From Marsupella aquatica (lineage: Eukaryota > Plantae > Marchantiophyta), in contig OZ316894.1 of assembly GCA_973895155.1 (NCBI GenBank), forward strand, positions 11,882,828 through 11,946,827: DNA of 64,000 nucleotides. The letters are read 5' to 3'. Made by a program: the position numbers and the translations under genes. The notes below the pieces were generated by a model, which worked only from the letters and a program-made list of their open reading frames with translations, was not told where the DNA came from and ran no database searches. Shown here one piece after another: positions 1-12,505 of this stretch (the stretch's first letter is position 1; the number at the start of each line of letters is the position of its first letter).

Positions 1-1693
1 TATCTCTTCGCCCTCCTCCAAAAAAGTGAGATGTCAATCTTCTCACCCAACTTTGGTGGCCAAATCTGTTTGAAAAAACGAGATTTCACTCTCGTTTGGA
101 AATCTTCAAAGTCCTCCTCTATGTCAAGGATCAGCGATGGCTTTGTCTTCTCAGACGAAGTAAGGATCCTTGCATCTGGAACAGTTGGGATCAACTCTGA
201 AATAATCTCAGACATGAGCGAAGAACAAATTGACTCAACCTGCTCCCAAACAGCCCATCAGTGAAGCCAAAGTTTTGTTTCGCTGTCCGAGAATTGACCA
301 GGGTGGAAGTACTTCTTGCGAAGCTCAGGTCTGCATTGTGCCTCGAGGAGTACACATCTGAGCTGGGGAGTCAACGATGAGACACCCGTAAATAGCCTCG
401 CACGATCGAGACCACATGACACATTACCCCTTCCTTTATCGTCTGTTCGTTGGGCCTCCTTCCTCTCATGTTCGCAGTAGTTGTGCATCTCAACACACTT
501 CTGGAAAAAGTCACCAAACTCAGGATTTAGGAGAGGTCCAATCTTTGGCACCTTCACATTCCAATCTGCCAGTTGCTCCTTCATCATGTCTTTGACTGCC
601 ATGTCTTGCGCAGCTTTTGAAAGAGGTTCTCCTTGCGCTTCTTTCAACTGAAACTTCTTCTTCAAATCTTCCGTCTGCGCTGCAATATTAGCAGTAGACA
701 GAATGTACGTGCAGGCATCGAGTGTCATGTTCTTCGAATACCAAGCCGGTTTCCTGATATTTGCCATCTTCTGCTGGAAAAGTTTGTAGTTGTCTGCATC
801 GATGATATCTTTGTATACAGAAAGGTCATTACTGAGAACCTTGTGGACTCTCTCTGCTTCAAGGACCCAAGAATTCTCAACGTGACATTGAGTCAACCTG
901 AGCAAAAGAAACAGGTCAGCGAGATCGCTAACAAGAGGAAATGAAAGAATTTTATATACAATTCACAGCTTGAAGGAAAAGAAACAAACCTATTCAGTGC
1001 ATGCATTGCCGACTCAATCTGCACGAATGAGTTCTTGTCACCCTTGAAAATTCGACAAACAACTCGAGGATGATATTTGACATCATGGGGATTCTCGTCC
1101 GCAAGCTGCATCCATGAGTACAGACGATGATTTCCATCGAAAACACAGAACATTTTGTCTTTCAAAATTTTGAAAGCTTCGTGAGAATCACATTCCCTCT
1201 CGAATTCTTCATTCTGAAGAATCCACATGTCATCCCACGACTCCCGAATCACATCCTCGCACATCTGGACAAGGCCATCTTCGCCGGTCATTTGGACATA
1301 AAATCGAGGCGCATCTTCGATGTATCCCTGCGTCCGGAATTCATTCTTGAGTGTCTCGATCGCAGTCGAGTTAGTTTGTAAGGACCGAACGATCTGCATG
1401 TTTCGCATTCTACAAAGGGGAATCCTCGGAGGAGCGAGCGGGAATCCAAATTTGTCATTTCCAAAAGGGAAAAGATGGCGATTGATGACAACAGAATAGG
1501 GTTCTGAAGCTCCAAGTTGAAACGTAGGATTCACAACATCTACTTGGTTCACCATCTTGGGCCTCCTCGGTGTTTTCAATCCCGCCTGGAGCGCCTTCTT
1601 GTTCACTGTAGACCTGGTCTCCCTTCGGCTTGACTCGACTGACTTGAACGATCCTATTGATGACAAGCTCTCGGGTGAAGACAATGGCTCCAT
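1..1693 (-). pseudogene. ParB/Srx-domain protein (element A), spliced, truncated by the window edge, one in-frame stop
   Basis: Exon 1 is 1693-990, with the ParB/Srx-like motif VFDGNHRLYSW. A GT-AG intron spans 989-898 (AATAG|GTTTGT...CTCAG|GTTG, giving NRLTQ). Exon 2 runs from 897. TGA at 258-260 interrupts WLH*WAVWEQVE, which aligns to WCHTWQTWNSVE in element B. The frame continues to RRAKRY at base 1, matching KRAKRY in B. Confidence 0.8.
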
Positions 1694-2368
1694 CAGGGGG
1701 TCCGTGAAGTGATAAGGGTATCAACAGGTCAAGGTCGAGGGCAACACGCTTTGCGAACATAAAAACACCCGAGAATCGATCTTCCAATCAAAGACATAAT
1801 CGTACCCTCGTCTGTTGCTTTCACCTGAATGCTGCGCCCGGTCGTGAAAAGAGATACAAATATTCTGTACGACTCTTCTCGCAATCATTTTTCAGACAAC
1901 GTCAGGTATACATGTACTTCCGGAAATACGAACCACCGAACTCACGACTGAAAGAAAAGTATCTAATGACAATGAGATAGGTGTCCAGTACTATACCGTA
2001 CCGTTGACATGTAGGTACCCGTTGACCAATTCCAACGGATATAAACGGTCACAATGGTCTCTTATGAGGAAATGTTTTTGCTAGCGACATCGCTAGCCAA
2101 AAAATGACCACTAAATACATTAACTCCTGAAGGGTGTTTTGTAAGGATTTGAACAATTTTACTTGGTTCATTGAGCTAGCGAGATCGCTAGCTTTATCAT
2201 TCCGCAAATAGAGTCATATAAGACAAAATAACGGTCAGATAACGGGAATAAGAGGCATTTATTAAATAAATACGTTGAGTCCAACACCTACACAAGCACC
2301 TTTCCTCATATGTATTTGGAGAAAGAAGAGAGCGAAGTATCTCACATTGTGGATTGCTGTAGACTGTA
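1694..2368. promoter_or_regulatory. Bidirectional promoter region of element A
   Basis: Lies between the divergent ATGs. Contains 2 palindromes and 6 AACGG/CCGTT (MYB/MSA-like) cores. Confidence 0.5.
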
Positions 2369-5300
2369 ATGTCCAAAACTTCCAGCATGTCTTCATTGGG
2401 ATCGAAGGTTGTGATCGAGAGAAAGACGACGGGTGATGTTGTTGTTCTGGATGTTCCGGAGAATACTATTATCTCTGTCAAGGAGTCTTTTCTCTCATCG
2501 AGGTTTGGGCTTTTGAAAGATGATTTCATCTGGAAGTTGTTCGTTCTTTACTCTCGGGATGGATCCAGAAGTCACGAGGTGTCGGATAATGGTTCAGGAA
2601 TATTGCCAGAAAGAGCTTGGGACCTAAAGGGTGGTTCAGATGTAGAGCTAGTCTCATGTAAGGATGACATTGCACATATCAATGTTTCCGATCCAGAATC
2701 CCCGACTCGACCGTCACCTGCAGTACCAGAAATTATTGACATCTCCCCTGAGAGTGTGGGTAGGGATGTCTCTTCTGTGTCGACAAAGTCTTCTGAGAAA
2801 TCCGTTTTTGAAGCAGTGAGTCAAAACGAGTTTCAATCTCAGCCAGTTCTTTATCGAGTTAGTGCATATGATGCCTTTCTCAATATTACTGGGTCAAGCG
2901 AGTTGGCAAATTTCCGCAGGGGAAACGATTGGAAGGAGATTCAAGTGCAGACTTTGCCCACTTCATACAACGGAAACTGCGTTTTTGAGCTTCCTCCGGT
3001 GGAAGGTCAATTTCGTCGAGGATATGGTCTTCAGGACATGGATAGGGATAATGACGGCTATCCATGGACGAGACTTCTCACAACTTCAGCTAATCTCAAA
3101 CCTCGCAATCACTGGTCTGTGTCAAAAGTCAGATGTGTCGGTGTACTTGAATGCCAAAATCTGGTCTGTAGAAAGTTGAAGCACACCGGTTCAAAAAATG
3201 ACTCTTCCTTCCGAGGAAAGGGACAATTTACTGAGCCGTTTCATCTTGGTGAGCTTGTGGAGGAAGGAGGGTTGGTGTGCGGATTCTGTGAGGAGAGGCC
3301 TCTCTGCATCCGTGAATGTCCGGCTAAGCTTTTGTACGTCTATCCTAAGCCGTCTCTTGAGTCAAATGTTGCGAAACATATGTCTCGATTGGCTGTTCAC
3401 ATGGGTTTCCATGACCACGTTGTTTGGAAGGGGAAATCTCGATTGGCAAAAAAGCAGGCGGAGGAGATAGTTTCTGGTGTTCATAAAGCGAATCCCGTGT
3501 GTACGCCAGGGCGTGTTCTTAACAAGTCTATAGGAAACCTGGTTTCTCTTTTGCATCCAGAGTCTTCTTCAGAACTATCAAAAGAAGAAGAGAGAGAGAT
3601 TTGGGAATCAATGAAGGTTGTGTCCACTGTTGAGAAATTCCAGGCCATATTCCGGAGCGTGAAAATGGATAACCCAAAAAAGGGTGAGTTGGATTCTCTT
3701 TGTGAGATGCAAGCATGGAATAATTTTCCTTACGTTCAGAGGTACCTTTTCCCTGGGCAGGGGAGCAAGACCGATAGGGCTCATATCTTCAAAATGAGTA
3801 CAAATGGCCCAGGTTATGGTGTCGATATTCTCAGGCAGATGAAGGCCATTTTTGTGGAAGTGAAACCCCCGAGAGGGTGGCTGACTTTCAGCGCCCATGT
3901 GTACGACCATAATTACAGGTCCCTTTGTACCATCTTCACTTGTGAGCTCCGTGCGGAGGACTCCTTATCTCTTGAAACCGCATGGAGATATATGATTGAA
4001 GTTGCCTCTGATCATGATGTGCATGACCCACTCATTGGAGGATTTATTGCCGATAATGCCGAGGCTGGATGGATCGCCATTCGAAATGTTTTTTTTGGAG
4101 GTGTCCGTCACCCACAGAAGGAGCATAGTGACGCCTTTCACTTTGCTCAATCTCTTCGTCGTCACACATTGGAGGGTATTCGGGAAGATCGCCATCGAGA
4201 GCACTATAAACTGTGGGAAAGGCTGAGAACAGCACCAACATATGTTCAGGCCTACCGTGTTGCTGACGAAATCCATCGTTGGTGGAAGGAAGGAAATTGC
4301 TATGCTGGGAAATTGAAGTCTCTCCAAGGATGGTTATCTTGGTGGGTCGTGAGGTGGAGGCAGTGGGGGAACTTCATCCGCGTTGTAAGTGTCCAATTTC
4401 ATTTATCTTTGACGTCATTGTTTTTGCTAGCGACCTCGCTAGCATATCAGGTCTGACTGGGGACTACTTTTTCGCAGACGCAAACCGCAATGGAGTCAGC
4501 CTTGATGCCAAATTGTACTGGAGCGGAATCAGTCCATGCATCCATGAGATCCTGCCAAATGAAGAAACTAGTGGGATTGATTGAAGCATGTGAGGTGGAC
4601 CAGAATCATGCTGCGGGGCAAATTGCTGCTTTTACTGCCTACAGTGAAGGTGTTCACAGAGGCCAGGGGCCGACCATTTTTGAATTAGCATATAGGAACG
4701 CCGATGCTATGGGATCCATGGATGCTTACGAAAAGGCAGCAAATCTTTTGCTTGAGTCTTCAGCTAAGTATGAATTCTATAGAACAGTTCCATTACATGG
4801 CGATCTCCGAACAACATCCACGAAGAGGAAAGGGAAAGCTTCAGCTGTAATCCACGAGAATGACTCCCACAGACATGACACGGTGTCACGCACAACAGCT
4901 TCTCCTTCAGGACTAAAAAGGCGTAATCTCTATCCTGAATTTCGCTTTGTCAATGTTTCGCAGACTTCTGCGGACCCAGAAGTAGCAAATAATACAACTT
5001 CGGCAACACCTGTCGGAGGTTGTTCTGCTGGAGTTATCCATATTTCAGATGATGATGGTGATGATGCAAGTCGTAATGTCAATGATACCATGAAGATGGG
5101 GACTCAACCTCAGTGTGATGTCGGGGATGACCATCGGGATGCCCCCCAAAGGATCCCTTCCATCCGAGAGGTTGATGTTTCTTATGGGACCTGGCATCTC
5201 AGGCGGAGCGGTAGAGGTGCTGGACCTGTTTGCAACGGGTCGGTTGACCGAAGCGTTTTTGGAAGAGATGAATGTAGAAATCTCATCAAGGAGACTGGAT

Positions 5301-6054
5301 GTAAGTCCGCACAAGGGGGAATTGTTGGAGTCGCCATTCACGGGTTGCGATTATCGTCTCCACATCGCCAGTTGTTGTACTTTTGTCCTAATAATAAGTG
5401 TCACAAGAGCCGAGGACGCAGAACTCTAGCTCAACTACCCCCCCCCCACCCAAGTCGCTCAAGGTTCAGCGTGGGACTTGCCTCTCCCATCCCGAGATAG
5501 AGTTTCTGCTGGGATTAGGATTCCAGATCAGTGGACTCTCCTATGTGGATGCAAATCAAGTTGGAGAGTTCCCGTCCCCCAATCGGGTCAACCTACGAAT
5601 TGATGTTAACTCATTCCCCGAACGAATTGATCTAACTAATGTGGACCGTCGGTTGAAAACCCGAAATGGTAAGGGTGCAAGACAGCGTTTCAGCAATACT
5701 CCAGAGTTGCTCAAGCGCATCGTTTCCGCTACACAAGAATACATGAGAGTTGTCGGAAATGAGAAGGTAACTACCGGAAATGGATGGGGTTGGAGATACT
5801 TGATCGCCACTCACGAGACTGATTCACAAGTTCCGCACACATATTGGGTGCAAATCTGTTGTTTCCCTTCGTGTTCTTGTGAAGACTTTTATAAGAGGCA
5901 TACACGAGGGAAACCATACATGTCTTGTAAACATCTGCTGTGGGTGTATTTAAACAAGTTTTCACTCAACCTAGAGAAGGATGACCTTGTCAAACAGCCA
6001 ATTCTGACTGTTGGGGAAGTGAGGAGTTTAATTCCGTTACAGATAGGGGACTAG
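2369..6054 (+). pseudogene. GCM-like Zn finger + Mutator-type DDE + SWIM transposase (element A), disrupted
   Basis: Exon 1 is 2369-4384, the intron is 4385-4477 (GTAAGT...TTCGCAG) and exon 2 starts at 4478. GCM-like C/H pattern: KVRCVGVLECQNLVC...CGFC...CPAK...HMGFHDH. DDE motifs: FIADNAEA, DAFHF, GAESVHASM. SWIM: CSCEDF...CKHLLW. The segment matching FDVMKR (first catalytic Asp in B) is missing near 3840-3880, and there is a frameshift in the poly-C run near 5438-5450. Confidence 0.8.
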
Positions 6055-6677
6055 TCGTTTATTGGAGATGCTAATTATAGGGTGGTGGGATGGATTACTC
6101 GAGTTTGTGGTTTCACAAATATCAATTTGTTTTCACCGAGTGAATCATAATGTTAGCGAGGTCCATAATGGTAACTTTTATGGTGTTTGAGTTTTCTGTT
6201 TACGTTTAGCGATCTCTCTAGTCTTAGGAAGTCTGCTACATCCTGACAGAAACATCCTACTTTCAGACGTGTCAACCTATCGACAAGTTTCTATAGAGTT
6301 CACGGTTTGATCATTAAAATGACGCCAGTTTTTGGCTAGCGAGATCGCTAGTCTGATCAACGGAATTTAGGACAGGATGTGACAGGATGTTTAGGGTTTA
6401 GGGAGGGAAGTTTCCCCTGAAGTTGTTGTGGTAATACTCGATCGAATTGATTTTCAAAGATGAACACAGTTCTATACTAGCGATATCGCTAGTCTGGGAA
6501 AGGTCCAACAGTGACTTCAAAATAAAAGTACTATGTGCGAAATGGCATTCCAGAGAAACACATAGAAATGAAAGGACCACCCAAACTTTACTTCTCATAC
6601 ATATTGAAAGTACATGAGGACATGCGGTTCGCTTGTAACTACAAAAATTTCAGTAAATCCACAACCTGACTCTACTC

Positions 6678-7106
6678 TCAGGGGCTGGACGCCTTCCATG
6701 CATCGGAGTCAGTGTCTGACTCAGAATCGTAATCCGAAGAGGCGAGGCATTCCTCGGTCCAGTAGTCATAGATCTCCCTGTCAATCCAATACTGATCCTC
6801 TTCTGCGAGCCTCTTCCTCTTCGATACAACCTCGCGCTGTGTGGTATCCACCTTTGGCTTCGGTGGAGACTTTGCTGCTGGAATTAACTTTGGAGGAGTA
6901 GGTGTTCTCCTCAATGATGATGACGATCCAACAGATTGACCAAGTTCGGTTTGGACACTGCTGCCTGAGGAGACCTTCATAGTCTCTGCATCGGGTTTCT
7001 GCTTCGGAGGAGAGTCATCTTCAAGCGGGCCATCTGTCGCCGGGTTGTAACAACGGATCTCAAGTCGCCATTTCCCCTGAGGAGGATTGCTTGGAACACC
7101 AGACAT
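6678..7106 (-). CDS. Small acidic/Ser-Pro-rich ORF inside element A, convergent on the transposase; probably has an upstream exon
   Basis: 142-aa ORF with a KRKR NLS-like run and an acidic tail. A CTGCAG acceptor lies just upstream (~7111) and a CAG|GTAAGC donor at ~7254. No recognisable domain. Confidence 0.35.
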   Translation of the reverse strand: MSGVPSNPPQGKWRLEIRCYNPATDGPLEDDSPPKQKPDAETMKVSSGSSVQTELGQSVGSSSSLRRTPTPPKLIPAAKSPPKPKVDTTQREVVSKRKRLAEEDQYWIDREIYDYWTEECLASSDYDSESDTDSDAWKASSP

Positions 7107-8685
7107 TTCTCTGCAGTTACGAAACCCAAACAGTGATTAAAGAGAACAGGATTCAACAAATGGAAACATTATCCACGATGTAATACGATGAATATCATGC
7201 CTTGTCGGAGAGTTCTTCCCTTAAAACAGCTCAGAGAATAGACCCGCGCTTACCTGAACTAGATCTGGAGAGTGTTGAGAACTTGGAACACTGATAGCAG
7301 TTCCGAATGAAAGAGATGAAGTCGGACGCGGTGGAAGTGATTGGGCGAATGATTTGGAAGACTGGTGGTTTTGGGCTAGCGGATTTGTTTAAGTGGACGG
7401 TTCGACGCCTTGGATTTGAGTCTGGTTCGAACGGTAAGTGTCTCGTTCACTTGCAAGTGACTTAATTAGTTTCCAAACGGCCTTAATCCTCCTTTCCTCG
7501 GTAGTAATGACACGTTGATTCTTTCCACGCGGGAATCGCGAAGTACTTTTTTGTTATTACTCTTCCTCGGGTGGGAATTTTCACATGTGGAAGCCTGTAC
7601 GTGGAGACCGTACCTCGTATGATTGGCTCAATGTGTTGGCATCATTAGACTAGCGATTTCGCTGGCCTGAAGATATGTCATTTTGATCTATTGCGTTCAC
7701 GGGACTAGAATCGTCCATGGGTAGCCGTCTATATTTATTGATCGAACAGGGTCTCCATGCTAGCGAGGAATATTCCAGACCTTTTTTGGGCCCCAATACA
7801 AGGTGACATCTTGCCCGTGCGAGCAAAAATTCTACTGTTTGCTCGCACGTTACAATTACCCGTGACAGATTATGCAGCTAGTGGTCTGTACAAAGGTGCG
7901 CGGACCGGAAAGTCACGGGAAGAATTTGGCAAACCATGGGACACAGAATTTCCCTCATTCCGATCGGATTCCACTGTTTGTTCATGGGGGTTGGGGATTG
8001 GGTCGGACCGAACCAGCAGCGGGGTCACATGAGGAAGCTGCACTCGTCGATTGCAATGAATGTGGTGGGAGTCCAGCAGGTTTGTCGGGTATAGCGACGG
8101 AGACAGCAAACAGGCAAACAGGAAATACTTTTCCTGTTTGCCTTATGCTGTTACCAGGAAAAAACATCTTGTACCAGGGGAAAGAACACACAATCAGCAG
8201 TTTAGAATTGTTGAAGTTGGAGTTAGTCCATTGCGGTGAGGGAGGATACCTTGTAATGAATTGCTGAACCACATAATAATTGAACCTTATATCCCAACAC
8301 AAACAAGGGGGAGCATACATAAAAATGTCAAGGAATGCGCACAAAATGGTAGGTCCCACCACAATCGGCAACAAAATATATGAAAATAATACAAAATCAA
8401 CGCAGCCCAAAACTTTATGTCATTATGTGGTCCAAAATAAAAGCGAACAACGGATTGACTAGCGCCTGGCGCTATCTTATCGTTATTCAAGGAAACAAAT
8501 AGTTGGCGTTGAGAACATAAATCACAACACAATGACATTTAACTGTGTAGCCTAGACAAAAAATTTACCAGCGCCTGGCGCTAACAAAACATGATGCGAC
8601 ATCAATAACACTATACCGTTGACATACGACAAAATCAATATAACCGTTTGGACCAATAATACAACCTACATCATCATGATTCATG

Positions 8686-11600
8686 CTATAAACGATGAGC
8701 ATTTTGCCTCTCTAATATGAGCCGAACCTCTCCAACAGTGAGAATTGGTTGGCTGGTCAATGTAGATTCCTCAACGTCTAGTTTGAAAACGGTAAGGAAA
8801 ATCCAATACAAATGTTTGCAAGGCATATATGGATGTTTCCGGGAATGTCGCCGGTAGAAATCCTCACACGAGCAAGTGGGGAAAATGCAAATTTGAACAA
8901 AGTAACAATTTGGCGTCCGCATATTTTCGTGCGTTTGCACCTTAAACTGTTTTCCCCATGCATTCCCAATCGCAACATCCCACTCTCCCTGAATGTACAT
9001 CGTCTGTTTTTTTGTAGACGCAATTCTGTTCATGTGACCCTGGGTAAGATTTGACCGAGGAACCGTATTCCTCCCATTCCGGCTTCGGAGACGAACATTG
9101 GGTTCGAGAAGATTCACATGTTCTGGAAAGATATTGACATTGATTCGAAGATCAAAATCTGACGGGGGTCTAGTTGTAAGTTCATTTCCGCGCACTAGGG
9201 AGATTCCGTTGTCAAGAAGATATTGCAGCTCGTCCTCCGAAACATTTGTCCATTTCAAAATGGGAAGAACATCAGGGAAAGGGGGAAAATTCAAGACACC
9301 TCGACGCAGGCGGCTTTTGTAACATGTATTGTTTGGGCAAAACCAAATCATTTCGGTTATGGGTTCCCCCCTGAAAATCCGTTGACCTTTGACAACAATT
9401 CCGATAACACCATGTGGTGAGGGAAATCCAACTTTTTTCACGCGATTGCGACACTCATCTCTTTCAGAATTACGGGAAAATGATCCGTTGCACTGAGGAC
9501 CAGCGCCAAATTTTGAAGTTCGACGTAATTGCCATGCAGCTAGAGCAACCTCCGTCTCACGGACAGGACACTCTTGTAACGGTTGCTGAAGCACGGAGGG
9601 AGCAGTCTGGGGAAGCCTCGTTGAACGCGTTCGGTCTTGAGCAGGAGGGGTATTGAAATCGACATCTTCTCCACCGCCCAATATGTCACTTCCAGACAGA
9701 TTAACAACAGGATCAACTTGAGGCGTGGGGCCAGGGATAGCATCAAACGCCATGCGATTAAGATTCTTCCTTTTCATCGATCTAGTATTGGGCGAGGTGA
9801 CAAGGATTTTATCATGCCTATGGGAGTCTTGTGGCGAGATATTCCCAGATGCATGTCCTTTCCTCTTCAAAGACTTGGTGACAACGTCTCCATTGAGAGG
9901 TGCACGTCTCTCCAAGTCAAACTCGGCAGCGTTGGACAGTAGCATATTCATTGCGTCTTCATACAACTTGGGGGAGCCTGCTTGGTCCGCTGATCGGAAA
10001 GTGAGTTCCCAAATTGTGGGACCTTTTCCTCTATGCAACCCTTTCCGATACGCAGTGTAAGCAGCAACCTGAGAAATAGCTCGATTTTGGTCCATTTCAC
10101 ATGCCTCAAAGAGCCCAACCTTTTTCTTCATTACCCATGCTTTCATACCTGCGTGCATGGACTCTGATCCTGTACAATTAGGAATCTTAGCCCCTTCTTC
10201 GACACTCTTGTTCTGCAATCACATAGAATAAAGTGTCTGTTATAGAACAAGAAAACACTAGCGTCGGGCGCTAGTGAAGTGGACTCTGTCCCTAGAAGTC
10301 AAAACTGGCACTATACATTAAGGGACAACTTATTTCGTCCTATTGTGTCATATGACAGTTTGAATAAATAATAGCGCCAGGCGCTAGTATTAAAGGATGC
10401 TATGGTATTGTAATATTTGAATATGGATACAAACATTTTGAAATGAGAATATAGCACTGCAATACCTAAAGAGCGGAAAGCAAAGTAAACTAACTTACCA
10501 AACGAATAAAATTTCCCCATTGTCTCCACCTGACGACCCACCATGAAATCCAACTCTGGAGCATCCGGAGCTTCCTGGGGACACAGTTACCCGACTGCCA
10601 CCACAAATCAATCTCCCTTGAAATTCTGTAAGCCTCTACAAATGTGGGGGCATTTCGCATCTTATCCCAAAGCCTACGATGCTCTGCTTGACTATCTTCA
10701 ATCACTCCTTCAATCGAATGGCGATGGAAGGCTTGGTAGAAATGGAATGCGTCAGTTCGCTCACGCTCTGGGTTTGGATGCCCTCCAAAAAAGACATTTC
10801 GGACTGCCAGCCAACTAGCTTGAGCATTGTCCGCCATGAATCCATGAATAATCGGATTTTCTAATCCATTCTCTTTGGACACCTCAATCATTAGTCTCCA
10901 AGCCTTCTCGAACGACTCTGTATCCTCTGCTTTTAGTTCGCAGGTGAATAAGGTACACAGAGCGCGATAGTTGTGATCATAAATATGCGCACTAAAAGTA
11001 ACCCAGTCTTTTGTAAGCCGTTTCATCACATCAAAACTTACCCAAGCACCTTTGAGACTTCCACCAGGTTGCATTTGTCTCAAAATATCGACGCCTGATC
11101 CATGGCCGATCGAAGTCATCTTGAATATGTGAGGACGGTCTTCTTGAGATCCTTGACCTGGTAGGAGGTACCTTTGGAGGAAAGGCATGTTGATATTTCT
11201 TTGATACCGAACAAGAAAATCTAGTTCACCTCGACCTTTCTGGTCCTGTCTAACACTACGAAAGAGGGACGCAAACTTCTGGGGTGTGGAAACTACCATG
11301 AGAGACTCAAATATCTCTGTTTCTTCAATATCTTGAATATCTTCCATACTTTCACACAAGGACTTTACAAAGGACCCTGTCGCCACATTTTTTACACCAG
11401 CAGGGGTGAAAATTGGATTTCCTTCCAATTTCTTTTTGATAACCTCCTCAACAATCTTCTCTGCGCTCTGAGAAAACACCTTTCTTGAAGGATGGTTGTG
11501 GATCCCCATATGAATTGCCAAGCGGGACATGTGAGTACAGGTTTCTGAGTCAACTAGAACCTGGGGGTACATGTAAAATAACCTTGCTGGACAGGATTGG

Positions 11601-12505
11601 ACACAAAACGGAACTTGATCACAAAATTGGCAAACAACTCCACCTTCGTCAATGAAGGAGCCAACACGATGTTGCCCGCCAAGTTTGGGGGTTCCACCCC
11701 AGGCCTTCTGGTTCCTCCTTTTCTTCCACTGAAAATAGTCGCAAGTATTATTCCTACACTCAATGGAACCAGTGCACGTTACTTTACCAAATTCCCAATA
11801 TTTCTTGGGATGAACATTAGCTGATGTAGGAAATATTCTGGTCCAGATGTAGCAATCCTTTGACCGGTCCATGTCGCGTAGACGTGACCCCTTCGAAAGA
11901 GCTGTCGTCGCAGGAGGCAACTCGAATACAATATTTCCATTGTATTTCTTTGGCAAACAGTCAACTTGTTCATGGAAGAAGTCCCTAGCCGCGATGAACC
12001 TCAAGATTTCACTGGAACCAGTTGACTTGAGAATGGTATCCATTGCACTTCTCCGATACACAATGGAATTTTTGGTAAAAACTGCTGTAACCTCTTGTTT
12101 AACAGGGGTAACCTCCTGTTTAACAACGGTGTGAGGGGATTTAGCACTACGCTCAGGCAAAGCAGGTCCATCATCGTCGCTATCTGAAAGCAGGACAACA
12201 TCAACAAAGGGTTTGGATGAAGATGGGAGATCGGATGCGACTGGTTTTTGAATGACAATAGAATACCGAATTCCTGCATTCAGGTGCCAAAAACGAATCC
12301 CGTCATCAACATCAAAAGAAGCAGTGAAATTAGACGCTTCATCTCCATTTCCCTCCTCCAAAATGTCCTCAATGTCGTTCAAATCCAAACCAAAGCGCCC
12401 ACAGAGATAATTCTCACTAACTTGCTTGTATACGTCATTGGCCGACAATGGAATGGATACAAGGTCACCGGTAGACGGACGCGTCAGAACGATTGACCTC
12501 GACAT
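8686..12505 (-). CDS. Apparently intact GCM-like/Mutator-type DDE/SWIM transposase (~1177 aa, 2 exons)
   Basis: Exon 1 is 12505-10499 (an alternative start lies at 12571). The intron is 10498-10213 (TTG|GTAAGT...TTGCAG|AAC) and exon 2 is 10212-8686. The candidate triad is D (VSFDVMKR), D (FMADNAQA) and E (GSESMHAGMK), with a D-x2-H motif (TDAFH). GCM-like: VTCTGSIECRNNTC...CQFC...CPAR...HMGIHNHP. SWIM: CSCEDF...PCKHLYW. Confidence 0.85.

Larger units (their letters stand above)
918..7664. repeat. Dispersed 14-bp palindrome TAGCGA-NN-TCGCTA (element A)
   Basis: Copies at 918-930 (intron), 2082-2095, 2177-2190, 4428-4441 (intron), 6207-6220 (1 mismatch), 6337-6350, 6478-6491 and 7651-7664 (1 mismatch). 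Confidence 0.9.
1..7850. mobile_element. Element A: Mutator-like (GCM-DDE-SWIM) transposon carrying a divergent ParB-domain gene; left part lies outside the window; degenerate
   Basis: Divergent ParB-like gene (minus) and transposase (plus), both homologous to the genes of element B. Dispersed TAGCGA-NN-TCGCTA palindromes run from 918 to 7664. A 12-bp hairpin at 7816-7849 is the candidate end; this boundary is inferred. Confidence 0.7.
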
